Counted from the first letter of the stretch, positions 31,038-47,042 are shown. The stretch: DNA of 64,000 nt from the human T2T-CHM13v2.0 reference genome, Homo sapiens (GCF_009914755.1 NC_060925.1), one strand, 5' to 3'. Notes: generated by a model from the letters alone, not told the origin. Translations and numbers: made by a program.

Positions 31038-31270
31038 AGCAACATTTACTGAGAACTTATATATGCCAGGCACAGTGCCAAGTATTCTCTGTGCATTGTC
31101 ACTTGCAATAACCTTATGAAGTTCTCTCATTATTTTCCTTTGTTCCTTTCCTTTCCTAGGGTTTGGAAATCTTAAATAACTTTCGCAAGGACATGCAAGT
31201 GTATGTAGCAGAGTTGGGCCTCAAGCAAGACCTGTCTGACTTCAGAGGTCACAGTCTTGATCACTGCTCT
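31038..31270 (-). mobile_element. MIR SINE
   Basis: AACATTTACTGAGAACTTATATATGCCAGGCACAGTGCCAAG, CTGTCTGACTTCAGAG. Confidence 0.8.
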
Positions 31271-32519
31271 AGGGCTCTGCTTCTGTAACAGCTGCTTCTT
31301 GAGATGTAGGAATTAAGAGGCATGTAAGGAAAGCTAGCATCTGGTTTCATGTTGGATTTGGCTTGGCCCTCAATCTATCAATATCATTGATGGGATGAAT
31401 TCAGAGGATGGAAGATTCTTGGAAAACAAGTTTCTAGATAGGGCTGGGATGGAATCTTTTCTGTTTTTGTATCCCCGGTGCTTAACCTAATACCTGGCAT
31501 GTGGAAAGCCCCTGAAGACAGATATGGCAGGCACTTTTCTTGGATTGGCAGTTGAAAAGAACTGAAAACAATGACAACAACAACAACAAAAACACAAAGA
31601 ACACATAGCATAGTCTGTACAAACATCTCCTGTATTCTATGAAAGAAAAAACTAGAGGTAGAACATAGGCTAATGGGAATATTGAAACTATGGTGCCTTT
31701 TCCAGGTTTTTAATCATAGATTTGGAGAATTTGACAATGCCGAGATGAAGCTCTTGAATGTTTTAGCTGGAGGATTCTGGAAATCCTTCTGGAGTTCATG
31801 TCTGGAGGAATTAATAGAGAATTCCTCCAGATTTTGGTTTCAAAAGCTTTAATTTTGCTTTTGATTTTCAGGGGTCTACTTAATTCCAAGTGCTCTGGAA
31901 GAAGAGTATGCTGATTTGTTAACATGAGGGCCAAGTGTTTAAGTTGGTGGTTTTAGTTTTACTTGGAGAACCTTTCTTCTTTTAGATCTCAGGGTTTCGA
32001 TTTTGAAAGTGAGTTTAAACAAATACACAGGAGTCACTGGAAAAAGTAGGTTGGGCTGATTAATTTTCATCTAGATTTTAAATTTATGATTCATTTTAGA
32101 TCTAGGAATCATGGTGCTGTTAGGAAAATAGTTTTAGAGGTTATTTAATTTTGCATTAGGAGTATACTGTGCCTGAGCTTTCATTTTAAGCTTGATATTA
32201 AGAAATTCATATTCAGATGCAGTTCTACATTTGCTAGAACTGTCCAGAGACAAAATTATGCTTCTCCCGAAGGGCATTATTACTTACTTGAAACAGAAAC
32301 CGAGTATGTGCCTGTTCCAGTAATGGATATGTCAGGGTGGAATAATCACCCTAACAGAGGCAGCCACCCAAAGTTTTTGTGTTTTGACTAGAGAAAATGA
32401 CTCTTAGCGATGCATAAGACACCCCTCAACATGTTCTTTGAATGGTTGCTGATGTTATTTAGCAATAATTCAAATTAAGTGATGTTTCTTGCTGTAAAGA
32501 AAAACTGAGCTGTAAGCAG

Positions 32520-32640
32520 GATAGTGATATGATTATAGAACTCAGTCAGAAAGATCTAAGTTAGGAGTTTGCTACTTGGAATCTATCTGTATTTCCTTAA
32601 GACTTCAGTTTTCTCATCTGCTGGGTGAGGATATAAGTAC
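32520..32640 (+). mobile_element. MIR fragment
   Basis: CTTCAGTTTTCTCATCTG core. Confidence 0.55.
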
Positions 32641-32851
32641 TTGAAAAGGTATACGGTATTTAGCCAGTGCTAACTTAGCCATTGTTTTTGTTGTTGTGTG
32701 TAATGATGCAGACGTCATGATGACTGCTGAAGGAGCAGAGGAGGACCTTTACAATCAACACCCTTTAGGAAATGGTGGTGGGCCAAGGACAGAGTCAAAG
32801 GTTTTTAAGCAGTGGGGTGTGGCATGGACATTGATCTTGCAGCTATTTTCT

Positions 32852-34020
32852 TTTCTTTTTAAATTTTACTTTGCTTTAAGTTCCAGGATACATGTGCAGA
32901 ATGTGCAGGTTTGTTACGTAGATAAACATGTGCCATGGGTGGTTTGCTGCACCCATCAACTCGTCACCTAGGTATTAAGACCCACATGCATTAGCTATTT
33001 GCCCTGATGCTCTCTCTCCTCTAGCCCCCACCGACAGGCCCCAGTGTGTGTTGTTCCCCTCCCTGCGTCCATGTGTTCTCATTGTTCAGCTCCCACTTAT
33101 GAGCGAGAACATGCGGTGTTTGGTTTTCTGTTCCTGTGTTCGTTTGCTGAGGATGATGGTTTCCAGCTTCATCCATGTCTCTGCAAAAGACATGATTTCA
33201 TTCCTTTTTATGGCTGCATAGTATTCCATGGTGTATATGTGCCACATTTTCTTTATCCAGTCTATCATTGATGGGCATTTGGGTTGGTTCCATGTCTTCG
33301 CTATTGTGAATAGTGGTGCAATAAACATATGTGTGCATGTATCTTTATAGTAGAATGATTTATATTCCTTTGGTATATACCCAGTAATGGGATGGCTGGG
33401 TCAAATGGGATTTCTGGTTCTAGATCCTTGAGGAATTGGCACACTATCTTCCACAATGGTTGAACTAGTTTACATTCCCACCAACAGTGTAAAAGTGCTC
33501 TTATTTCTTCACAGCCTTGCCAGCATCTGTTGTTTCTTGACTTTTTAATAATCGCCATTCTGATTGGCATGAGATAGTATCTCATTGTGGTTTTGATTTG
33601 CATTTCTCTAATCATCAGTGATGTTGAGCTTTTTTTCACGTTTGTTGGCTGCATGAAACAAAAATTAACTCAAGATGGATTAAAGACTTAAATGTAAAAC
33701 CCAAAACCATAAAAACCCCAGAAGAAAATCTAGGCAATGCCATTCAGGACATAGGCGTGGACAAAGATTTTATGATGAAATCACCAAAAGCAATTGCAAC
33801 AAAAGCTGAAATTGACGAATGGGATCTCATTAAACTAAAGAGCCTGTGGACAGCAAAAGAAACTATCATCAGAGCAAACAGGCAACCCGCAGAATGGGAA
33901 AAAATTTTTGCAGTTACCCATCTGACAAAGGTGTAATATCCAGAATTTACAAGGGACTTGAATAAATTTATAAGAAAAGAAAACCCCATCAAAAAGTGGG
34001 CAAAGGATATGAACAGACAC
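32852..34020 (-). mobile_element. 5'-inverted L1PA (about PA8-10): 3' part 32852-33657 on minus, upstream ORF2 part 33658-34020 on plus
   Basis: Minus ORFs 33086-33328 and 33301-33654 are the L1 ORF2 C-terminus; plus segment ACAAAAATTAACTCAAGATGGATTAAAGAC..GGATATGAACAGACAC; TSD GCAGC(T/C)ATTTTCT at 32839-32851 and 34023-34035. Confidence 0.93.
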
Positions 34021-34074
34021 CAGCAGCCATTTTCTAAGGGCTTTGGTAACAGTCACTGTGCTGGTTGCTGAATC

Positions 34075-34365
34075 AGATTTGTGTTTTAAAAAGATGAGTC
34101 AGAGTGTGTGTATTTAGACAGGGAAACCAATTAGGATGCTCTTGCATGGGTGAGAGATAGTGAAGGTCTGGACAAAGAGTAGATGTATGTGATGGACAAT
34201 TTGGAGCAAGAATGAACAAGAGACAAAGCGGTGAAGATTTTGAGATTTGGGGGGAGGGGAAGGAATGAATTAGGAAGAATTAAAGGTTTCTAGTGTTGGC
34301 AGTTGAGTAACTTGTGGCTTTATTAATGGATGTAGGACAGATAAAAGGAACAAGTTGGTAGGGGA
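34075..34365 (-). mobile_element. L2 fragment
   Basis: GACAGGGAAACCAATTAGGATGCT, GGTGAGAGATAGTGAAGGTCTGGAC, AAGGTTTCTAG. Confidence 0.65.
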
Positions 34366-35547
34366 TCAAACAGAAGACAGGGTCTTCCCTAGAAAGTCTT
34401 TAACTGAAACCTAAACTGTTCTGTGTGTGTGTGTTTTAAATAACGATGGACCTTTATTACCCATCATTATTCTGGCAGTTCAACTTGGCGATAATATTTC
34501 TATAAAATAACTGTGGTGCACTGATGCAATACATTTGGAATAATGAATTTAATGTTGAGTTGAGCTGGCATGGAACAGTTATAGATAGTCTGGGGGATGT
34601 GTATGTGTAGCATTTTTTTTTTGCAGGGATAGTTGTTGAAGGTTATAAACTATAATCAATAAATCTTTTTTTTTTTTATTTTCCCAATAATTTTGCAGAC
34701 AATCTGCAAAACCGTTATTTTAGGCCACAGGTAGAAAATGAGCAACATAAATTTAGATGATGCTTCTCTGAATTGTTACATATTTTTCATTTAAGTTACC
34801 CCAAGGCTGTGTTTGTATTGGAAATAAAGAAGTGGTTTTCTGCTGTAAAAATACTGTTTTGCTACTAGGCAAACAGGGTTTTTGTTTTGTTTTTTATTCT
34901 GAAAAGGTAGATTTTATCTACTTTTAAAATTTTCTGGGTTGGTACTCATGACTTTCAAAAATTTTCATTCTAAAGGACAGTAGATTTAAAGGGTGGATGA
35001 CCTTGGGAAGCAGCTTTGTCATAAATTGATAAGTGCAATTTAAGAGGGAGATGAGTAGGAATAAAAACTGCAACTTGCAAGAGGGGCTCTGGGCTGCATT
35101 GCAGTCACAAGATAACATTGCTAACTTCCAGTGAAATCCCTGGTGGGAAGCAGCTCAGGAGTTATGGATGCGGATTATGAGTTATGTAGTTTTTATGCAA
35201 ATAAGATTCTGGGCTTCTCTTCAATTTAGATTTACGTTTCCAAACACTCCTAGTGGGGCTGGTTTGGTACTCCATTGTTATTTTATGATGACACAAATAA
35301 GAGGCTTTATCCAATGATAAGCGTGTGATTCATTGCTGTTCTGAAGAGCTGTGAGCCGAGTGCTTTGGTGCAGGCAGCCTGAGATATGTTGAAACCTGCA
35401 GTGATTCAGTGATGAAGATATCCCTTGCAAGGCTTGAAGGACTATTGGCTGAGGAAAGTCGGTTGCAGCTTATTTTCAGTTTTTGGTTGGTCAGTGAAAC
35501 ACTCCAAACCTGCTTACCTAGCTTTCTAAAAACAATGTAGATTTTCA

Positions 35548-35669
35548 GGCAGGTGCAGTGGTGTGCCTGTAATCCCAGCTACTCATGAGGCTGAGGAGGG
35601 AGGATTGCTTGAGCATAGGGGTTTGAGACCAGTCTGGGCAACATAGCAAGACCCTATCTCAAAAAAAAA
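35548..35669 (+). mobile_element. FLAM_A-type Alu monomer
   Basis: Single monomer with CCCAGCTACTC and no right-arm insertion; flanks AATGTAG(A/T)TTTT. Confidence 0.85.
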
Positions 35670-35849
35670 TGTAGTTTTTAAACTAAAGAATTCAATAATG
35701 GCCTGTACAGATTTGGACCTCCGTCCTATCCCTAGAGGGACATTTTATAGACTTCATTATATATAATATATGTTGTTTAAAGTGTATTATATGTATGTAT
35801 GTTTTTCCTATTTTCTTCTTGTTAGCTTTAAGGATGAAGTAGGATTTTT

Positions 35850-35893
35850 AAAACAGTTGTTAAAGTTCCTCAAAACAGTTGTTTAAGTTCCTC
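35850..35893. repeat. 22-bp tandem duplication
   Basis: AAAACAGTTGTT(A/T)AAGTTCCTC twice, one mismatch. Confidence 0.9.
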
Positions 35894-36180
35894 TGTAGCA
35901 GGCCACCATTCTTGTCAGCAATAAAGGTGAAGAATGCCCCATTACAGAAAAGAAAATAAACACTTTCTCATTGTTCATACTTTCTACTCTTGTACTAAGC
36001 TTCAGATGCCACTGGGCGCCAGTTGCTTTCCAAGCCTCAAGGATCCTTAGGGATGTTGGGGCTTTCTTTGGTGACTGTTGTCTCCTTGTTTGCTCAAATT
36101 AAGCTCCCCAGCAAAAGAGGGAAGTGAAATAAATTAATACATGAAACCAAGAACTGTTACTGAATAATGGTATATATATA

Positions 36181-36477
<297 letters not shown>

Positions 36478-37167
36478 GAATAGTGGCGTATTTAAGAAAG
36501 AAAGGGGAAATTAGATTCCATTTTGGAATTTTATTGAGCGGAAAGGATAGATGATTTGATTGGAAACTAAAGGGAGATACTTCCAGTTTTGTATTGGAAG
36601 ACAAGTTATTAAACTTTCACGAAATAATGTTGATGTTCATTTAAATGTTCTTACAGTTTGTTTCTAAATGATTTAGTAGTTTATGTAGGGCCAGCTATTT
36701 AATGATCCTTTGATCATTAAATATGCAGTTATATATCTCATTGGGATGAATGGGAATGGCTAGGATTGTTACTGATTCTTGCCCCTAAAAAGAGAAGTTG
36801 AATTCAGAATCTCTTAGAAGGCATAAAAATTTACCATCACCATGGCATTGAGGAAGGCAACACAGGCATAAAGTGATCTCATTGTTCAACCTCGTCACCA
36901 TTTAACCAGCTGTTTCCTTACATATGGTGGCACCCTTTCTGAGAGCCTGTAAGTATTTTTTATAGCCCTAATCATGTGCTGTCCCTCTTAATCCTGGGCA
37001 TTTACCCTGCTGTTCCCTCTGCTGAACCTCACACATGTGTTCCCTCTCTAACTCTGGTTAGACATTTAGGCTTCTTTCTGTTGGAGAGACCTGCCCTGGT
37101 CCTTCAATCGTGGCTTGGGCTCTGTGTTCTCTGACCTCTTCCTCTGCTGTATTCCTGGCCATCATGT

Positions 37168-37580
37168 CAAGTGTTTCTCAAAATGTGTTCCGTGGGACCC
37201 CACCCAGGTGCTATTCTCCACAAAATCTATTCTCGGAAAGTTCTAGAATGGATAGTAAGATAGCTGCACTACATTGTGAAGGTACTAAATGCCACCAAAT
37301 TGTACATTTTAAAGGTTAATTTTTTTTGTTATGTACATTTTACCACAACACAAAAACATCTTTTGAAAGATGTTTCTCAAAAGAAAGTCTCAGACTCAAA
37401 CATGTTACACTTACCTCCTGGAGGTTTTACAATGCATATTAGTAAAGAATCTGAGATGTCTTAAAGGAACCCGCTTAATTTTGCTTGATTCAATGTTCCC
37501 AAAGCTATTAATAGACTTTAAGAAAATGCACAACTACCTGTTAATGTCCAGCTAGTTAATATTCTTAGGGATACAAATTG
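37168..37580. mobile_element. MER112/MER113-like hAT-Charlie relic with an L1MB 3' tip inserted (~37235-37356)
   Basis: CAAGTGTTTCTCAAAATGTGTTCCGTGG terminus, ACAATGCATATTAG, CAATGTTCCCAAA; L1 tip GTACTAAATGCCAC..TTTTACCACAA. Confidence 0.55.
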
Positions 37581-37860
37581 TAATTGCCTGCTTAATCATG
37601 CTCTCCTATACTAAGTGGTAGGGATGGGACCATATTTGTAGTTCTAGACCAGAGATCAGGATAAGCCTTCAGTAAATATGTATTGAATGAAATGCTTAAG
37701 TGAATATAGTAATATGTAGAATGTGGTGGGGCATTGTGAAAGGAACACAGAGTCACAGAGATCAAGGGTTCAATCCTCCCATGATCACATTTAGCTGTGT
37801 AACCTTCAGTGAGCCACTTGAACTCTGACCTTTGATTTCATCCTGTATTAAATGGAAATA

Positions 37861-39050
<1,190 letters not shown>

Positions 39051-40013
39051 GTAAAAACCCTCAGAATTAAAGTTTACAAATTGCTTAAAAAATGGAAATA
39101 AAAGTACCTTCCTGGAGTTTTTGCAAGGATTACAAGAGTTAATGTGTTTTAAGTACATGGCATAGAAAGTACCAAATAAGTGCTAGTTTCTTTCTCTTCC
39201 CATAGAAAGTTAATTACCATAAAATAGTTATAGATGGAGTGAGTTGGGTGTTTAGAGTGAGATGACTTTCAGCTGTGGGGATCAGGGAAGGTTTGTGGTC
39301 TTATGAGCTAAAGGATTGGAAGAATTAAGACTTACAGAAATAAAGGGAAAGGACATTGAAGAGAGAGAACAAGATAAGCGTCTGGAAGAAAGAGATTAGA
39401 GTTCAGATGCTCTTAAAAAATATCGTGTTCACTTTCATATTTTATCCTTTTCATATATGCCTTCTCCCGGGCTTTGAAGGAGGAAATTGGTGATGTTTTC
39501 CTCATTAGACATTTATCTATAAGGATCACAAATCAGACAATTTTCCCTTATTTTCCTTTTTCTCTCCTGTTTTCTTCTGCTATTCTTAAAAATGATTGGA
39601 TCCCACCCTTCCCATCTTCAGTTGTAGCATTTTGAGACATTGTGCCTTTTTGTCTAAAATATTCTATTTGATGAACAGTTAAACTAATAGTCTGTGAGCT
39701 CCTTTAGGGCAAGAATCACTTCCAGGTTTCGTCTCCTCAGTGCTGAGGGTTGTGCTCAAAACAGAGTAGGTAGGGAAGGAATGATTGCCGAATGAATGAA
39801 TGAATGGAGAAAGAGTGGATCTAGTTCCATGGGCCTAAGACTGAGGCCCATAGTCTCTAATGTGTTTATGCAAAATGCTGCATGGTAGCTGCTAATAGAA
39901 AGCAAGTTCTTTCCTCCAGTTCTGATGTGATGTGATCTGGCAGAGGGCAGCATGCCCATAAATCAACACACGGTAGTGTAAGTCATCCACTGGTGTTAGA
40001 AAGTTATGAGTAA

Positions 40014-40352
<339 letters not shown>

Positions 40353-40551
40353 TTAATAGTTATTTTGGTACAGGATGAAGTATAGTCTATGGGGCGTTTA
40401 TCTAAGGAAGAAGAGGTGATCAAATAGACAGGAGAGATGTGTTACATGTGTGTAGAAAAAGGCTCCGTATCATTACATAGATGAGAAATACACATCTGTT
40501 TTATGGTATTTTTCATTCAATTCCTCACATACTTACTTAAATGTGAACTCA

Positions 40552-40720
40552 GGCCGGGCACAGATTACGGGCTCATGCCTGTAATCCCAGCATTTTGGGA
40601 GGCCGAGGCAGGAGGATTGCTTGAGCTCAGGAATTCAAGACCAACCTGGACAACAAAGTGTGACCCTGCCTGTACCACAACTACTACTAGTAGTACTACT
40701 ACTAATAATAGAAAATAAAT
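40552..40720 (+). mobile_element. FLAM_C-type Alu monomer with (CTA)n tail
   Basis: Left monomer only, GGAGGATTGCTTGAGC. Confidence 0.85.
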
Positions 40721-42999
40721 ATGTACTTAGCAGTGGGTTGTGAATCAGAGGGCTACAAAGAGATTATGATGGAGCAATGCTTTGGGAAAGTTTCAACTTA
40801 TAGGGAAATAAAACATACAAATCTGAACCATCTTTTAAGGCCTATATTAATCACCATCTCCACAAAATCAGCTTCATTTAGTGGAAACACTCCCTTGAAA
40901 TTATTAACGTGCACTTGAAAACTTAATTTTGTGCCACCTTATAGTATGTATTAATTGCTTGCTCTTTGAGTATTAATCTTGTTTTTCCCTCCAATTTGAA
41001 TATCTGAGATTAGGGACCATGCTTTACTAATGAAATGATCAATAGGAAATAGGAAATGCTCCTAGAATAATCCTATGTGATTCCTGAAGTCTCTAACAAT
41101 TAATACTTGACAGACACAGACTGTTATCAACAGCAGAATCTTTGGATTAACTTTCTTAATATTGAAGAAGGGTATCTTATACTGGTATAAAGCAGTTCAA
41201 TTTACAAAACAAGTTTATATGTATTATTTGTATTTCGTTAGGATCTGCAGGATACACATGAATGATCTCATTTGGAAACAATGGATTGTCAGTGTTTAGA
41301 GGAAATGTTTTTCAGTGGTGCCAATATGATTCAACAATTTTATTATGGTCTTCAATTACATTTTCTTCCTTATTTCTTTAGTATTGCTTCTAAATTCTTA
41401 AAGCCTACTGATCAATAGTATCAAGTGATGCTCTTTTCTATTATCTAGATTTTGCCATCCTGAAAGACAATGACATTTCATTTTTATTTTTTTGTCAGGT
41501 TTTTAAGTCCTTGTTTTAGATTTAGAACTAATGTCTGGGTTTTTTTTGGTGGTGGTGGTTGTTTTGTTTTTTAATGGAAGGGACGATGGGCAGTGTATCC
41601 CTGGGTGTCTGAGTGTATATTCATCCTGCTAATTGAGTTGTCCATTTTACTAATGTCTTCTGACAGCCTTTCATTGATCTTTATAGTTCTTTTCTGGGAA
41701 GGTGAGATTTTACAGACTCAAGGTGATTGGTTTAAACTTGGAATTTCTTTCCTTCTAATAGATAGTTTTTAAAAAAAACCCAAAAGAACTAAGAAACTAA
41801 GAGTTGATTCTGAAAATTGATAAAAGAAAGAATTGTTCTTTGTAACTTCACTCTAAATCATTATAATTTATATTTTATTACTAATGATTTATACATGCAG
41901 AAAGATAAACAGTTTCCACAAAGGCTTATTCACATTCCTGGATTTTAAACCTATGATGAGACTGTGTTTAATTAGAGGTACGGCCCACGGCAGTTGTTTT
42001 CTTTACAGGAATTTAAGAAATCATATATTTTAAACTTGCTTAAGATAAATCTAAATAATTCTTTGGATGGCATGTTAATTAGGAGATGCTGATATTTATA
42101 GATTAGGAATTATTTGTAGACTCTGCATGCAAATATTATGGGTAAAAAGAACCATTTAAGTATTTTGAAAATAACATTAGACCAGATGATGTTGTAATTA
42201 TAATGTGTATTTGATTATGACCTTTTACTTCTTACAACAAACAGGATGGATTTGAAGCACTCTTTTCTAATGATAATTCCAAAGATTTAAATAACTTTCT
42301 AGATTTTTGTACCTTCCACACTGTATAAAACACCCCTGTCTTCCCTGTCAAGAAAATTTTTGGGGAAAAAAAAGAAAACATTGTGCACAGAGAGTTGATA
42401 ATGAATTTAAATATTACTAATGGAAATACTTTATAGTTATATCAACTAGGAGGGTTTTTTTAGTTTGTTAACTCAGGAGTTTTAATAAAAAATTGTCTCT
42501 AAGAATGCTGTTTCCACTGCATTTACATAAGGAATATATAATTTATTAGACATCTTTTTCATGTAAATATTCACATGAGTATTTCAAATTGTGAAATTAC
42601 AAGTGGGTCTCTTTCCATGCATACTAGAAGACAGCAGTTATTTTGGCAGACAGTGCTTTTCATACATTCACCCCTTTACTCATTTATGGATACATGCAAA
42701 TATTCTTATTAATTAAACTCTTTTCCTAATGTAAATAAAGATACTATGTGCTGATGATACAGTGATGAAAAAAGACCTGACAACTAACCTAAAGAAGGTC
42801 ACATCTGGGTAGAAATGAACAAAACAATAAAGCAAAATATTGAAGCCAGTAAAACAGCTAACCAGGTTTCAAATAAAAGTCTATTGGTTCCAAAACCCAC
42901 CTGTTTTCTATAGCAAATACGTCAAATCTTTGTTCATTTGTGTAGTGAACATTTGTTGAGCACCTGTTATGTGTTAGAAATTTTTTTTTTGGTTTGGTT

Positions 43000-43190
43000 T
43001 GCATTGCCTAGTGTGGCAGCCTCTAGCTCTGTGTGGATATTTACACTTAAATGAATTAAAACAAAATAATATTCTTCTGCTTCCTGTGGCAAATGTGACA
43101 ACCAGGGCATCATCAGAGTGAGTAGTGGAGTTTGGGATATTCTGTTAATCCTCTGCATCATAAAAGGTGCTGTGCTGGAATTAGTGTTCT
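43000..43190. mobile_element. MER3-like hAT-Charlie MITE
   Basis: GTGGCAGCCTCTAGCTCTGTGTGGATATTTA..AATGAATTAAAACAAAATAA..CATCATAAAAGG. Confidence 0.5.
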
Positions 43191-43603
43191 GAAGCCATAG
43201 GTAGCTTCCTCTGGGGAGGAGAAGTTTGCAACAGATTGGCCACCTTACTGTTTATGTGGATTATGTATGATCAGGCATTTGTACCTTTATACAGTATGTG
43301 AATGTGGAATGAACACGCCATCACATAATTACATAAGTCATCAACAAATCTTTATTGGCCATCTGCTTGTCAGAAAGCCTCTTCCTCATGAATAACCTTA
43401 GTCTCTAATCTCAAGGAGCTGAAAAATGGTTAAATAGGGCTGGGTGTGGCCCTATTTAACATTTTCCACAACTTTTAATTTCATTTCCTATCAATATTAC
43501 TCAACAACAACAAAAAATTGGTTTTGCAATCCAAATATTGTATTAACAACATAAAGTTGGAAACTTTTAGCTAATGTTCATTCTATTTAAACATGCTTTG
43601 GGT

Positions 43604-43727
43604 TGTTGGTGCCCAGGATACAGCACCCCAAAATATGATTATAGGAGATCAGAATATACCTCAAAATACATGTTTTTGGCATATTGATGATTTTGAGCTG
43701 GTTATTTTGAGAAACTGCAGGCACAGG
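43604..43727 (+). mobile_element. MER34-type LTR 5' fragment
   Basis: CACCCCAAAATATG..TAGGAGATCAGAATAT..TTTTGAGCTGGTTATTTTGAGAAACTGCAG. Confidence 0.7.
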
Positions 43728-44344
43728 CAGGGAAGGAGGGGTATTGTAAAGTGGAAGAGTACTTAGCCTGTTAAGTAGAGAAACAATTTCCATAGGATAG
43801 GGTTTTGTGGGCTGGAAAGATAAACTGCAAGGCTCATCGTCTAAATGCCTGCTGTTCATAGAGTTAGAACGTTCTGCAGGAGTCTAATGGGGCTGTTACA
43901 AAAGGGTGGCTACTAAGCAATCTGAGACTCTCCAAGGGAAAGAGGCTTCATCTCTACAACTGCTACTTCAGTAGAAACAGGAGTCCATCAGAAACTCCAT
44001 CTGCTTATCCAGTGCTATTTGATATTATAGTTATTATGTACTCTTTATGGACTACAGACGGAGAGGTTGAACAATAGCACACACTGGCCTTAGATATGTT
44101 CCTATTTTATCTTTTAATTTTTGACTTGAAATATACAACCACTCCGGTCAAACCTCTCTACTGGTTGCTGATTTTGGGAATCCACAGTGATCTCTAAGAT
44201 ACCTGCAACCCCATTCCTACATGCAGTGTTAACCAGCAGTTCTCCCTTTTACTGTCCACCTAAGGAACATGCCATACCACATTCCCATCAATAGCATTTC
44301 CTCACCAGTTACAGAAAAGAGGTTGTAGCTAGCAAAAAGTACCG

Positions 44345-44380
44345 CCCACCCCCAACCCCCTACCCCCCCACCCCCACCCC
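44345..44380 (-). other. G-quadruplex / i-motif-forming tract
   Basis: Six C-runs of 3-7 nt separated by 1-2 nt. Confidence 0.7.
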
Positions 44381-44996
44381 TCCACAACTGCTGGTCTTTC
44401 CAGTATGCAGGAGGTATGCTTGAGTACCCTCCAGGCCTCTGGGTTTGCCCTTGGCATTACTAATGTAAACACTGATTGGTTTATCTGCAGATCTCCTGGT
44501 TTTATTTTTGTTTATTTGGATGCACACATCTGGGCGTACATCTCATTAGGTTAAGGTGAGTAATTCCTTGAGGACTATTCCTTTGACCTCTTCTTATAAA
44601 GTGTTATTTACTTGAGCATACCCAGTTCTCTTAAGTTCATGTAGTTAATGGGTGGTGGGAAAATTGGTCTTCTGAAAAATAGAGATGGAAGAGGGAGTGG
44701 AAATACACCCCATGTTTGTGTTAGCTCCTCAGCTTCTGGAGTGTGTTAGTTTTACCAGAAAGATTTGATCAACAATTGAGAGGTCTAGACTTCAGATGTC
44801 AAACCTTTTGAGCCTGCTCATGTGCACACAGATACACATGAAGGAGGTGAGCTAAGGGTCCGCCAAGGCGGTCTCCGGGTGCCTGACTGCTCACCCAGGC
44901 TGCTGACGGAGGCTCTGCCAGACTTCAGGATCAGAAACCTAATGTCATTAGTGGCTGGGAGTTAATGAGACTACGGCTTCAAATTCAGAAAGCTCA

Positions 44997-45292
<296 letters not shown>

Positions 45293-45980
45293 AAATTCAG
45301 AAAGCTCATATGAACCTGAGGGATAACATCAGAATGCTGATTTGTTAACTGATGCTCAGAAATGCTACTGTCGGCCAGGCTGGGCTTTCACAGGTGCCCA
45401 GCTGTAGACGTGGTGAGCCATGTCATTGTTGGGTGCACAGTAGGTTTGGGCTCTTGGGGTACAGTGTAAACAAGACAAATATTCAAGGTTGGGCTGAGAG
45501 GGTGGTGGGGTTTAAGCAGAGACAGGCGACAAATAAATAAAAGAAGAGGTAAAGCTCCCAGTTAATGATGAGGGCCAGGCAGTAGGGGCTGGCAGTAGGC
45601 CACCGTGGCAGGGACTGGCTGATGGCTGGGTTAGGTGGGCTGGCCAGTGAGGCTTCTCACACACTTTAGCCAGAGGGCACTTGGTGAGCTTCAAATGAAA
45701 GGTCACGGCAACCTCTTACCTTTTTGATAGACATAGGGTTTCTTTAGTTATGTTTATAAATACAATCCAGTTCAGGCCAGACCTCAAAGTTGATTTTGCA
45801 TATCTTTATTTTCAGTTTTGTTTTTCTCCACGTTTACTGGGGCTTTGTCTAGCTCCTGTCCATACTCCGTATACCTATTCTGATATATTTAAAATCATGA
45901 AATAATCCTACCCTGTGTAGGAATATATTTCAGAGAATTATTTGCTATGTAAATGATTTCAGATTTTGTGCTGTTTATTC

Positions 45981-46174
45981 TTTTTTTTTTTTAAGAGACA
46001 CGGTCTCACTCTGTTACCCAGGCAGGAGTGCAGTGGTATGCTTATAACTCAGGGCAGCCTTGAACTCCTCCTGCTTCAGCCTCCTAAGTAGCTGGGACTA
46101 TAGGCGCATGCACCATACCTGGCTAATTAATTTTTTTTTTTGTAGAGATGGGGTCTCACTATGTTGCCCAGGCT
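45981..46174 (-). mobile_element. AluJ, 5'-truncated
   Basis: Right arm plus part of left arm; TTTATTC on both sides. Confidence 0.88.
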
Positions 46175-46544
46175 TGCATTTATTCATTTTATTTATATTC
46201 CTGGAATAAGATTACAGATAGGGCAGGAACAAGAGTGAGGTAAAGTGGTGGATGTCCTGGAGATGACTGAAAATCAGTAACGCTGTAGAAATGAAACTTA
46301 TTTTCAGGGGAAAAGTCTTAAGTGTTAATTAACAAGTTCATGGGCAGACTCCTGCTGAACTAATAGAGGCAAACGTTCTTAAAATGGATCAAAATCACTT
46401 ATCTTTTGGCTTGCTTCATTGAAAGCACTGTAAAGACAGATTTGTGAATTACAAATTTTTGAGACTGTCAAAAATTGGGCCCTAGCTTTCCTTAGGGGGT
46501 GGAAATTATGATCTGCTTATCCTCAAATTATATAATATTGTTTA

Positions 46545-47042
<498 letters not shown>

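Noticed and set aside
33086-33654. ORFs with clear protein homology (MFIAPLFTIAKTWNQPKCPS, IREMQIKTTMRY)
   Set aside because: Frameshifted L1 ORF2 C-terminal remnants of a truncated element
35281-35348. Possible C/D box snoRNA (ATGATGA ... CTGA, ~65 nt)
   Set aside because: Terminal stem weak (half G-U), no clear D' box, no guide complementarity I recognise; such box pairs arise by chance. An Rfam or snoScan search would settle it
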